DNA of 64,000 nucleotides from an uncultured Candidatus Saccharibacteria bacterium (lineage in GTDB: Bacteria; Patescibacteriota; Saccharimonadia; Saccharimonadales; JAGQNJ01): contig CAZBPY010000002.1 in the NCBI GenBank assembly GCA_964493895.1, positions 67,351 through 131,350 of the forward strand, in the 5' to 3' direction. Position numbers and translations under genes: made by a program. A model generated the notes under the pieces. The model was not told the origin of the DNA and ran no database searches. It was given only the letters and a program-made list of their open reading frames with translations. Below, in pieces: positions 8,946 to 17,147 of the stretch (positions are counted from its first letter, which is position 1; every line of letters starts with the position of its first letter).

Positions 8946-9314
8946 GTGAGCACAATTGAAATTGATCCGCTATCCTGCAAAGAAGCAGCAAACCTAATGT
9001 ACCTGAACGCTGTTAAGGACTTTGCTGAATTTATTGACCCCGAACACAGTCGGAATAGCTTTCGTTATCTGGTTCCAAGAAATACTGGTAACCCTGACAT
9101 GGATAAAATGCACCAACAGGCTGAGGAGATGCTATTGTATGGTATCGGTGCCGTTGCTTTGACGGAAAAAGAGACATTGTTCGAAACAGCCCATGACGTG
9201 CGTCTGCATAAGCTTCTTGAAACTGACCCTAACGGCCAGGAGATAATGATCACCTATCAGGCTGCGCGTCCAGCTGGACATCTACCTAGTTTTAGTCCAG
9301 TTGATTTAGTTTAA
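8946..9314 (+). CDS. hypothetical protein (P122), GTG start
   Basis: 122-aa ORF with TTGATT-16nt-TATGAT (8909..8936) 9 nt before the GTG. It converges on and overlaps the tmk-thyX 3' end by 23 nt. Confidence 0.5.
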   Translation: MSTIEIDPLSCKEAANLMYLNAVKDFAEFIDPEHSRNSFRYLVPRNTGNPDMDKMHQQAEEMLLYGIGAVALTEKETLFETAHDVRLHKLLETDPNGQEIMITYQAARPAGHLPSFSPVDLV

Positions 9315-11628
9315 ATTGCGTGTAACGCTCAGCAGCCAAACGGGTTAACTCGGGATCTTCGTCTTGGTTTACGAACTTCATATGGCTGGCTAGAATCGGG
9401 TGAACCTCGGCAACTTTATCATGCATGGCCTTTGTTAGTTTTCGGTAGTTGGGATGTCCCTGTGGCGAGGTCCGTAGTTCATGCCAGTGGAAAGCTTGAC
9501 GGGCGTTGTAGGTCACCTTCCAGCGCATTTTATGCCCAAGTAGCGTGGCGTATTGAGCTTCTAAATGATAGCCGGCACTTTGCAAGCGACTGTACAGACC
9601 TAAACTGATATCAAAGCACCGTTCAAATTGTTCACTTAAGCCAGCTTCTTCGACGAGCTTCGGTACTTCATAGCCGTATCGTGGAGTCAGAGCTTGCCAC
9701 TGAAGGTCATCAACTATCCGGTGCCGTTGAAGATCACGGAAACTCCCATAGTCACAGACCAGGTCAAAACTATAATGGGCTTTTTCCAGAGCCCGTCCTG
9801 GTCGATGCCGGCGATTTAGCCGCTCACCCATGTAGGCTTCTATGACCTTGGTTTTTTGGCTGTATTTCCAATCAGCGACTGTTTTGCGAATCTCGGTTAA
9901 TGGCAGGTTGCTGTGTTCGTAAAGCATATCAGCCGCCAAGTCCAGCTCATTGCGTGGCCAATAATCAGTTAGTGTCACATCTGTCGTTTCAGGGGCAAGT
10001 GAGGCTGGCAGCAGTTCTTCGGTAACTTTTTTCATGATTTTTCTGGTATCTGACCGGTAAGCAATCATGGCGCCGCCGCGTTCTGGTTTGTCAGCTCGCT
10101 CTAAGAAGGCGGGGATAACCTTTCGGGCTTCGCGCAGAATTTTATCGCCGGTTTCACGGGCTTCTAGCAGTTCATCAGCTTGCAAGTGCATAATTAGGCT
10201 CTCCAGGGCTTGGCCGGAAGCAAAAATGCCAACAGTAGACGTTGTAGCTACTGGCAGTACCGGCCGAATGGCATCGCAAGCCTGAGCCCGTGTAGCGCTG
10301 CGCCAGGCTCCGTCTCGTTCGGATTCTGGGGTGCTGGAATTATTCTGAATATAGTCGGTTAGTTTGCGAACCATTGTCGAATACAGATCAAAAATTGTAT
10401 CCATATCTTGGTTGTACAGTGCCTGAGTCGCCATATTAAACTGCTTGGGTGTAAAATACCGATATTTGCCGTTTTTATCCTTGCGATCGAAGTAAATATA
10501 GCGAGTTGACTGCTCAAGATAAGCCGCCAGTCGCCCCCACTCCAACTTTTTAGTCAGCAAATTGGAAGCATTTTCGACCACCAGATGAGTTCCGACTAGT
10601 TGCTGGACGGAATCATCGCCATAAGCTGTGATTACTCGATGTAACAGCTGTTCGTCTTTCTCGGCTGCCTGAGTGAATTCGTCCAGGATTGTTACCCGCA
10701 TGTCATCACCTCGGCGGCTCAGCCGAGCCATAGCAGCGGCAGTTGTAACTGGACTGACACCTTTTCCGGAGAAGACATAGACATCTCCTTCAGTGTCGGT
10801 GATAGCCTTGGCCAAAAAGGCGCGCCCACTGGGGGTAATTTCGTAGCCGGAATCTGTCTTGGTTACATAAGGGTTTTCCTCCTCTACCTGATTACCAGCT
10901 GATCTAGACTCGGTCGAAGCCTTCTTTTCCGGCAAAAGCGGCTGAATCGTTTCACGCACCAACTTACTAATCGTATCAACATCAAGCATCTTGTTGTCTC
11001 GGGTACAGTCAATTCGAGCAAAATCTTTTGGGAACAACTGGCAGAGTTCGTCATAAACTTCAACCGAAAGCTTGAGGTGCGACAGATCAGCCTCGTGGAT
11101 ATCCCGGCGTTTTTTTGTATAACTGCGAGTATCTTTTTGATCAACTAATTGTTGAGCTACTTCTGCCGGAACTCTTAAGACGATGCTTTTAGACGGTCGT
11201 GGAATGTTCATCATTTGAAATTCTAGGTTATCTATCCAGATGAAATAGCCGCGGCGCTCTTCGGTGTTATTGAATTTTGTGCCCTGATGAGCCATGTTTG
11301 AGCCTGTAAATCTATTGGCAAGCACCACCTTGCCTTCTTGCAAAGCTCGATGAATCGCTGGAGCGGCCTGGTAACGATCGAGGGCATAAAACAGTGATGC
11401 CGTATATGGTCCGACATCTTCTGGGCCACCATACTCACCGTTGAGATACTGTTGCACAAAGTAACTGGATGGCTCATCATAACGGGGAAAATCAAAGGTG
11501 ACGACATCATAGCCATCGGCGATAAGTTGATCACGCAGTAGGTTGAACTGTGTATTTTTACCCGAGCCATCAGTTCCCTCAATAACAAGAAAAACACCCT
11601 GATGTTGGTTGCTCTTATCGTCAGTCAA
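9292..11628 (-). CDS. tmk-thyX: fusion protein: thymidylate kinase (N-terminal) + double-length ThyX-like flavin-dependent thymidylate synthase (C-terminal)
   Basis: 778-aa ORF. Residues 1-210 carry the P-loop IEGTDGSGKNTQ and ALDRY (Tmk). The C-terminal ~530 aa has two ThyX-like halves, one with EQSTRY and one with LQRHR ... TPRY. Confidence 0.8.
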   Translation of the reverse strand: MTDDKSNQHQGVFLVIEGTDGSGKNTQFNLLRDQLIADGYDVVTFDFPRYDEPSSYFVQQYLNGEYGGPEDVGPYTASLFYALDRYQAAPAIHRALQEGKVVLANRFTGSNMAHQGTKFNNTEERRGYFIWIDNLEFQMMNIPRPSKSIVLRVPAEVAQQLVDQKDTRSYTKKRRDIHEADLSHLKLSVEVYDELCQLFPKDFARIDCTRDNKMLDVDTISKLVRETIQPLLPEKKASTESRSAGNQVEEENPYVTKTDSGYEITPSGRAFLAKAITDTEGDVYVFSGKGVSPVTTAAAMARLSRRGDDMRVTILDEFTQAAEKDEQLLHRVITAYGDDSVQQLVGTHLVVENASNLLTKKLEWGRLAAYLEQSTRYIYFDRKDKNGKYRYFTPKQFNMATQALYNQDMDTIFDLYSTMVRKLTDYIQNNSSTPESERDGAWRSATRAQACDAIRPVLPVATTSTVGIFASGQALESLIMHLQADELLEARETGDKILREARKVIPAFLERADKPERGGAMIAYRSDTRKIMKKVTEELLPASLAPETTDVTLTDYWPRNELDLAADMLYEHSNLPLTEIRKTVADWKYSQKTKVIEAYMGERLNRRHRPGRALEKAHYSFDLVCDYGSFRDLQRHRIVDDLQWQALTPRYGYEVPKLVEEAGLSEQFERCFDISLGLYSRLQSAGYHLEAQYATLLGHKMRWKVTYNARQAFHWHELRTSPQGHPNYRKLTKAMHDKVAEVHPILASHMKFVNQDEDPELTRLAAERYTQFKLNQLD

Positions 11629-11632
11629 TGGA

Positions 11633-12337
11633 CTAATCTCCTTTTAGACCTTTGATTTTCAGCGGCAGTTGCCGTTTGTCCCGATAAGCTCGTGGCAGCA
11701 TTTGATCTGGAGTCCAAGATTGAACGATAGTTTGCAGTTCATCGCTAGTACCAGCTTGGTATTTGCCGCTTAGCTTTTTATATTCTTGCTCAACTGGTCC
11801 TGTTTCATAAAACACCATCTGAGCAATTCTTTCGCCAACCGGCAGCACTACACTTTCGTGCTGGTTCATATTGTAGATTTCCATAGTCCAGCGGTTGATA
11901 TAGCCGGGATCGCCCCAACCGGCATCCAGACAAACAACTATACCATTGCGGCCCCACGTGCTGCGGGCTTGCAAGGTGCTGGTTCCCGGGGCCTTTATGC
12001 CAATGAACTCATGAGTGTGGCCCAAAATTCGCTCGCCCGGCCGCAGCACGATAATCGGATGATCTTTGGGAATATTTTCGAATAACGCCCGGCCATGTTT
12101 CTTGGCCCAGTCTTGGTGTTTTTCAGCCTTGTAGGGGCCGCTAAAATACCACTTAACATCATTCTCGTCAAAGGGGTTGTAAAAGCCGCCCTGACTGGCT
12201 CGCTCGGTACGATAGTAATTGTGACCCAGCGTCACGTCAATGCTGCTGCCAGCTATATGAGCATCATTTCGCGGGTGATAGACAATATGTCCGGCGTCGA
12301 TGGCAACCTTAATCTGTAAGTTACTGTAAACTCCCAC
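11633..12337 (-). CDS. dcd: dCTP deaminase family protein
   Basis: 234-aa ORF with a GTG start and the motifs SSIDVTLG, LRPGERILGHT, ARSTWGRNGI and GWGDPGY. The gap to tmk-thyX is 4 nt. Confidence 0.85.
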   Translation of the reverse strand: MGVYSNLQIKVAIDAGHIVYHPRNDAHIAGSSIDVTLGHNYYRTERASQGGFYNPFDENDVKWYFSGPYKAEKHQDWAKKHGRALFENIPKDHPIIVLRPGERILGHTHEFIGIKAPGTSTLQARSTWGRNGIVVCLDAGWGDPGYINRWTMEIYNMNQHESVVLPVGERIAQMVFYETGPVEQEYKKLSGKYQAGTSDELQTIVQSWTPDQMLPRAYRDKRQLPLKIKGLKGD

Positions 12338-12417
12338 AGCTCTCCCCTCTCGTACCTATATTGTACGCAACTAGTTGTCAACTGAGCAATAAGATATCCA
12401 AATATTACAACAGGAAC

Positions 12418-13386
12418 TTAGACGTTTGGCCTAACTTTGATACTAGGGCCCATGGTTGTGGTCAAATAAACTGACTGAACATAGGTACCTTTGACCGAAG
12501 CTGGCTTGGCATTTTTAATACTTGCTAGGACTACATCGAGGTTCTGACGCAACTGATCAGCTGTAAAGCTGGCCTTGCCCAAACTCAGGTGCACTATGCC
12601 GTTGCTATCAACCCTAAACTCAACCTTGCCGGCCTTGGCTTCTTTGACGGCCTTGGCAATATCAGTTGCGACGGTGCCGCTCTTAGGGTTGGGCATCAGG
12701 CCTTTCGGACCCAGAACACGGGCATATTTGCCCAATTTTGCCATAGATTTAGGACTGGCGATTAGGACATCAAAGTCAATTTCGCCCTTGTCCAGCTGCT
12801 GCAAGAATTCATCAGCTTTGGCAACATCGGCTCCGGCGGCCTTGGCAGTTTTAACATCGTCTTCATCGCCAAAAACTGCAACACGGACCGTCTTTCCTGT
12901 GCCAGCCGGTAGTACTACGTTGTCACGAATATTCTGATCAGCGTGCTTAGGGTCGACATTTAGCCGAACATGTAATTCAACACTGGCGTCAAACTTTACA
13001 GTGCTGGTCTTTAGGGTCAATTCTATTGCTTCGCCAAGTTCATACTCTTTGCTTTTATCAATCATTTCGGCGACTTTTTTGTAGCTTTTACTGCGACGCT
13101 CCAGGCGACTGCGAGTTGGCTTGACAGATTTCTTGGGCTTTTTTTCAACCGGTTCGGACTCAGTGTCAGTTTTTCGATCTTCCTTAGCTTGCTTTTCTTC
13201 AGCTTCCTTGACTGCCTTGGCGCTGCGTTTACCAGCCTTAGCCACAGCTGCCTTTGGCTTGGCGTCCTTAGCTTCTGAGGCGTCGACTGCTTTTAAAGCT
13301 GTCTCAATTTCGGCTATTGTATTTTTTGGGCTAACATCAAGTTTTAACTTCTTAGCTTTTTCTAGTAATTCGGCCTTTTTAGCCAT
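12418..13386 (-). CDS. rplA: 50S ribosomal protein L1 with ~95-aa Lys/Ala-rich N-terminal extension
   Basis: 322-aa ORF. The L1 core starts near residue 96 (YKKVAEMIDKSKEYELGEAIELTLK...) and the extension carries an HeH/SAP-like motif. Confidence 0.93.
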   Translation of the reverse strand: MAKKAELLEKAKKLKLDVSPKNTIAEIETALKAVDASEAKDAKPKAAVAKAGKRSAKAVKEAEEKQAKEDRKTDTESEPVEKKPKKSVKPTRSRLERRSKSYKKVAEMIDKSKEYELGEAIELTLKTSTVKFDASVELHVRLNVDPKHADQNIRDNVVLPAGTGKTVRVAVFGDEDDVKTAKAAGADVAKADEFLQQLDKGEIDFDVLIASPKSMAKLGKYARVLGPKGLMPNPKSGTVATDIAKAVKEAKAGKVEFRVDSNGIVHLSLGKASFTADQLRQNLDVVLASIKNAKPASVKGTYVQSVYLTTTMGPSIKVRPNV

Positions 13387-13434
13387 GATTGTCTCCTTTC
13401 GTGGTTCAAGCGAGCCCTAAGGCTCTCCCACAAA

Positions 13435-13656
13435 TTAATCTTTTCGCAAATTGTCAGCAATGGCTACAACACACAACCCAGCCAGACCCATTAGCCCGGC
13501 ACCCAAAACAGCATCGCTTGCTTCTGTTATGAGGGGTCCTTCATGATCAAAAGCCGCCACACCGCCGACAAGCGCCAACCCACCTACTAGCCACGCTTTC
13601 ATTATTTTGTCCATGGTGTCTTCCCAATGTTGTGGTTGCTGTTCCTGCTCTGGCAT
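13435..13656 (-). CDS. small 2-TM Gly/Ala-rich membrane protein (P73)
   Basis: 73-aa ORF starting 1 nt after the rplK stop, with two Gly-zipper-like hydrophobic segments. Confidence 0.55.
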   Translation of the reverse strand: MPEQEQQPQHWEDTMDKIMKAWLVGGLALVGGVAAFDHEGPLITEASDAVLGAGLMGLAGLCVVAIADNLRKD

Positions 13657-13657
13657 C

Positions 13658-14083
13658 CTAAGCTATTTCCACTCCCATGCTACGAGCCGTACCAGCCACA
13701 ATCTTTTTGACGGCTTCAACATCATCGGTATTCATGTCCTTGGCTTTTTCCTCGGCAATTTCAGTTAGCTGAGCATCAGTCAGCTTTTTTTCAACCTTAT
13801 CCTTGTTTGGTGTGCCAGAACCCTTGTCAATGCCAAGCTTCTGACGAATTAAATCATCTGTTGGCTGAGAAACCACCCTAAAGTCCAGGCTGCGGTCGTC
13901 ATAAATTCTAATATGAGCTGTTACAGTGCCCTTCATGTCCTTGGTCTGGTCATTGAATGGCTGGACGAAGTCCATCATATTCACTCCGTACTGTCCGAGT
14001 GTCGAACCCACCGGTGGACCGGCACTGGCTTTACCAGCTGGAATTTTCATTTTCAAATTGGCAGTAACCTTTTTATCGGCCAT
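13658..14083 (-). CDS. rplK: 50S ribosomal protein L11
   Basis: 141-aa ORF with the L11 N-terminal motif (KMKIPAGKASAGPPVGSTLGQYGVN). Confidence 0.95.
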   Translation of the reverse strand: MADKKVTANLKMKIPAGKASAGPPVGSTLGQYGVNMMDFVQPFNDQTKDMKGTVTAHIRIYDDRSLDFRVVSQPTDDLIRQKLGIDKGSGTPNKDKVEKKLTDAQLTEIAEEKAKDMNTDDVEAVKKIVAGTARSMGVEIA

Positions 14084-14152
14084 CTAATTTTCTCCTTTGC
14101 AAGGTCGGTGAAGCTTCCGACCGTGTGCGTAACCCACCTATCTTAGCAAAGA

Positions 14153-14362
14153 TTACCCCTGTTGTCTAGTCGGCGGCCGACCAAAAGCCCGTCTTAGAGC
14201 GCCGCTGCCGAGATATAAACTTGCTGATGACACGCCCGCCAAAAAAGTGGTAGGTACATCTACATCTCCTGTAGCCATACCCTTCCAGCTCACATATCCA
14301 GCAAGTAATCCTGCCAAAGTGGTAAATGACGAGTACTCTTCGTTCATCGACAACCACTCCAT
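14153..14362 (-). CDS. small hydrophobic protein (P69)
   Basis: 69-aa ORF with Gly/Ala/Ser-rich hydrophobic stretches. A competing same-strand ORF lies at 14166..14357. Confidence 0.4.
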   Translation of the reverse strand: MEWLSMNEEYSSFTTLAGLLAGYVSWKGMATGDVDVPTTFLAGVSSASLYLGSGALRRAFGRPPTRQQG

Positions 14363-14424
14363 GATGGTTTCATTTTTATGGTGTAACCAATCTCTAATAC
14401 GGCTGTCCTTTTCAAGGTAAGCGT

Positions 14425-14631
14425 CTAAAGCAATACGCCAGTAGCTACTGCAGCTGTTCCCAGGCCTAGTTGAGGCAGCGTAGTTAAGTCAACTCCCCGC
14501 TCTAGACTGACGAAATCTTGAGCCGCTTCCGAGGCATGAAAAAGGCCAGCCGCGAGCATGTTAGCCGAAATGAACGGGTGATCTGAGAGTTGAGGTATTC
14601 CATCTGAGGTTTGGGCTTCTGGCGATGACAT
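14425..14631 (-). CDS. small hypothetical protein (P68)
   Basis: 68-aa ORF with a hydrophobic Gly/Ala-rich C-terminus. Confidence 0.4.
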   Translation of the reverse strand: MSSPEAQTSDGIPQLSDHPFISANMLAAGLFHASEAAQDFVSLERGVDLTTLPQLGLGTAAVATGVLL

Positions 14632-14650
14632 AGGCTAATAATAAAAGAAA

Positions 14651-14905
14651 TTATCCCAGTTGTCGAGAGCCTTCAGCTTCAAGTAAAGCCATTTCAGCTA
14701 TCCAGTACAACTCACTATAAGCACTTTGGCTCGCTTCAAGTTCGTCTGCTGACTTCAATAGCGCTTTGTGTCCGAGTTTCCCCAAAACATTTAAATCAAC
14801 AGGATCCTTGGCCAGTGTCTCGTGAATGCGCGTATAGAGATTAACTACGTCACTATCGCTTCCTGAACTGATAATTTGGTCAAGGGTACTTCGGACTTGT
14901 GACAT
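14651..14905 (-). CDS. small acidic helical protein (P84), possibly related to the LEGGE family
   Basis: 84-aa ORF whose ATG abuts the nusG stop. It shares YSELYWIA with YSELWWIA of P155. Confidence 0.6.
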   Translation of the reverse strand: MSQVRSTLDQIISSGSDSDVVNLYTRIHETLAKDPVDLNVLGKLGHKALLKSADELEASQSAYSELYWIAEMALLEAEGSRQLG

Positions 14906-15448
14906 TTAGACTCTTTTAACCTGCAGGCTGTCAAGTTCGACAGGGGTTTCACGGCCGAACATGTTGACTAGAACTTTCAATTTACCTTTAGCCACATCGA
15001 TTTCATTAATTGTACCGTCAAAACCCTTGAACGGACCATCAACGATGTTGACGACTTCACCTTCATTAAAGTCAATTTTGTGCTTTGGTTCTGCTCTGCC
15101 CATGCGTTTCATGATTTTTTCCATCTCGTCCTTGGAAACAGGGGTGGGCTCGGTACCGGTGCCCACAAAGCCAGTCACATTGGGAGTGTTGCGGACAATA
15201 AACCAGGCGTCTTCGGTCAGCTTCATTTCAACTAGGACATAGCCTTGGAAAATGCGCTTTTCTACGACCTTGCGCTTACCGTTTTTTACTTCAATCATTT
15301 TCTCTTTAGGAACCAAGACTTGGAAAATCTTATCCTTCATGTCCAGAGACTCGGCTCGCTGGCGGATTGATTCGGCGACCTTTTCTTCATAGCCGCTATA
15401 GGTGTGAATAGCGTACCATTTTTGGGTGGTATCATAACGTCTGCTCAC
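14906..15448 (-). CDS. nusG: transcription termination/antitermination factor NusG
   Basis: 180-aa ORF with NGN (WYAIHTYSGYEEKV) and KOW (GEVVNIVDGPFKGFDGTINEID) domains. Confidence 0.95.
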   Translation of the reverse strand: MSRRYDTTQKWYAIHTYSGYEEKVAESIRQRAESLDMKDKIFQVLVPKEKMIEVKNGKRKVVEKRIFQGYVLVEMKLTEDAWFIVRNTPNVTGFVGTGTEPTPVSKDEMEKIMKRMGRAEPKHKIDFNEGEVVNIVDGPFKGFDGTINEIDVAKGKLKVLVNMFGRETPVELDSLQVKRV

Positions 15449-15472
15449 AATTGATAAACTCCTTAAACTCTA

Positions 15473-15817
15473 TTAAGTTAGTAACGTTCTAAATAACTTG
15501 TCCAAGCCATAATCGACGATGGCAATCAGTGCACCGAAAATAGTGGCAAAAACGACTACGGCAAAAGTTAGCTTGGTGGTTTGACGGGCATTGGGCCAGG
15601 TAACTTCTTTGAGCTCGCGCCAACTATTGCGGAAATACTTCGGTACGATAATTCGCCCGATTTTGCTAAGCGGTTTGGCGGCGGTAGATTTGACTCGGCC
15701 AAGCAGTCGAGTGACAGATCCAACCGGAGCCCTCAGGCGCCGTTTCTTAGGCTTATCCTGTTGAGCCGCTGCTTGACGCAGAGTTTGCTTCGGCTTCTTA
15801 TCTGGGGTTTTGGCCAC
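15473..15817 (-). CDS. secE: preprotein translocase subunit SecE (long basic N-terminal extension)
   Basis: 114-aa ORF with a GTG start and GAGGTGA SD. The C-terminal single TM has the SecE motif (ELKEVTWPNARQT...), and the gene lies upstream of nusG. Confidence 0.85.
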   Translation of the reverse strand: MAKTPDKKPKQTLRQAAAQQDKPKKRRLRAPVGSVTRLLGRVKSTAAKPLSKIGRIIVPKYFRNSWRELKEVTWPNARQTTKLTFAVVVFATIFGALIAIVDYGLDKLFRTLLT

Positions 15818-15834
15818 CTATTTCACCTCTCAAA

Positions 15835-15864
15835 TTAAAAAACGCATACAGTTTGTATGCGCAT
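15835..15864 (-). CDS. 9-codon mini-ORF (MRIQTVCVF) spanning the terminator hairpin upstream of secE
   Basis: The ATG lies 8 nt after the -10-like TGaTACACT. The ORF ends with TAA inside the U-tract. Speculative. Confidence 0.25.
   Translation of the reverse strand: MRIQTVCVF
15837..15861 (-). terminator. rho-independent terminator between the histidine kinase gene and secE
   Basis: Minus strand reads CGCATAC-aaact-GTATGCG followed by TTTTTT, ending only 20 nt before the secE GTG. Confidence 0.6.
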
Positions 15865-15872
15865 CTGTGTCA

Positions 15873-15901
15873 AGTGTATCAGAGGTGACTGAAACAGTCA
15901 A
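15873..15901 (-). promoter_or_regulatory. candidate secE-nusG promoter
   Basis: TTGACT-17nt-TACACT preceded by TGa (extended -10). Confidence 0.35.
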
Positions 15902-16010
15902 TAGTTGATTGACTGGCTGCTGATTAATCATGGCAATGTGGCTCTGCAGATTTGCTCCAAGCCAGTGTTTCCAGCACAGCTGCTTTAAAGTAGCTTCACA
16001 GTAACATTAG

Positions 16011-17138
16011 CTATCTAAGATTGGGAACATTGATCACAAAAGTCGAACCCCTGTTTAGTTCACTTGTCATGGTTATTTCAGCACGAATCAATCTGGCCAA
16101 TTTCATCGTCACATAAAGGCCTAGGCCGGTACCGTTATATTTTCTGGTTCGGAAATCTTCTGAACGAAAAAACTTATCAAAAATCTTTTGTTGATCTGGT
16201 TTGCTAATGCCAATGCCAGTATCACGGACAGTGAACATAACGCCATTGTCTATTGGTCGAGCAGTAACAGTTATACCCCCTTCTTCGGTATACTTGATAG
16301 CGTTAGTAATAAAGTTTTGCAGTATTTCCCGGACATACAACTGACATGACTGGAGGAGTTCCAAATCTGGGTCGAGTTCAATCGATAAGGTCAGGCCCTT
16401 TTGTTCTGCCTGAGGCAGGTAAAGGTTTCTCAATCCGCTTAGCAGCTCGTGAACATTGATAGATTCAACGTCAACCGCTAGCTTACCGCGTTCGGCCCGA
16501 GACAAAGTAGACAGGTCATTAATCATGTTTTCCAAAAAGACAATCTGATCATGGGCTTGTTTTAAAGCGTCTTTGATTTGTTCTAAATTACCAGTTTTAT
16601 CGGCAATTATCTGAGCATTGCTGACATTGCCTTCGGCAATAGTGATCGGTGTGCGCAGTTCATGACTGACTACACTGATAAACTCGTCCCTTTCTTCTTC
16701 AAGAGATTTTTCCCTAGTGATGTCTCTTAACAGAACGACGTAACCCTTAGCGCCTTGCTGGCCATAACCCAAACGCACTGGGGCCACGCTAAGGTAAAGG
16801 TTAATTGTACTCTTATCCGGATACTCTAATAGGTAATCACGGCTAAAAGTGGCTGTTGACGACTTGCTGACTATGCTAGAAACATCAACCGGATTATTAT
16901 CTTGATCGACCAAGGGCAGCACCATGGATAGATACTTGCCTGTAATCTTGTCGTTGCGGTCAAGAATGTTCAACGCAGCACCATTGTATATGACAATTCT
17001 TTGCTTTTCATCAATAGCAATCACACCATCGCCCATACTATTGATGAGACTGTTCAGCCGCTCATGCTCGAGGCTGGTTTTACCGTCCGGCTTTGAAATA
17101 ATCCTGGACAGAGATGGCTTCGGAAGTTTCGGAGGCAT
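16011..17138 (-). CDS. cytoplasmic PAS-domain sensor histidine kinase (no adjacent response regulator)
   Basis: 375-aa ORF with a PAS-like N-terminal half, H-box SVVSHELRTP and HATPase_c motifs (GTGLGLYV). No TM segment. Confidence 0.85.
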   Translation of the reverse strand: MPPKLPKPSLSRIISKPDGKTSLEHERLNSLINSMGDGVIAIDEKQRIVIYNGAALNILDRNDKITGKYLSMVLPLVDQDNNPVDVSSIVSKSSTATFSRDYLLEYPDKSTINLYLSVAPVRLGYGQQGAKGYVVLLRDITREKSLEEERDEFISVVSHELRTPITIAEGNVSNAQIIADKTGNLEQIKDALKQAHDQIVFLENMINDLSTLSRAERGKLAVDVESINVHELLSGLRNLYLPQAEQKGLTLSIELDPDLELLQSCQLYVREILQNFITNAIKYTEEGGITVTARPIDNGVMFTVRDTGIGISKPDQQKIFDKFFRSEDFRTRKYNGTGLGLYVTMKLARLIRAEITMTSELNRGSTFVINVPNLR

Positions 17139-17147
17139 ATAGCACTA

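Noticed and set aside
8740-8991. 66-aa (+) and 68-aa (-) ORFs in the P101/P122 intergenic region
   Set aside because: The translations are unprotein-like and the region contains divergent promoters and hairpins. Only the last 24 codons of the minus ORF are kept, as a possible uORF.
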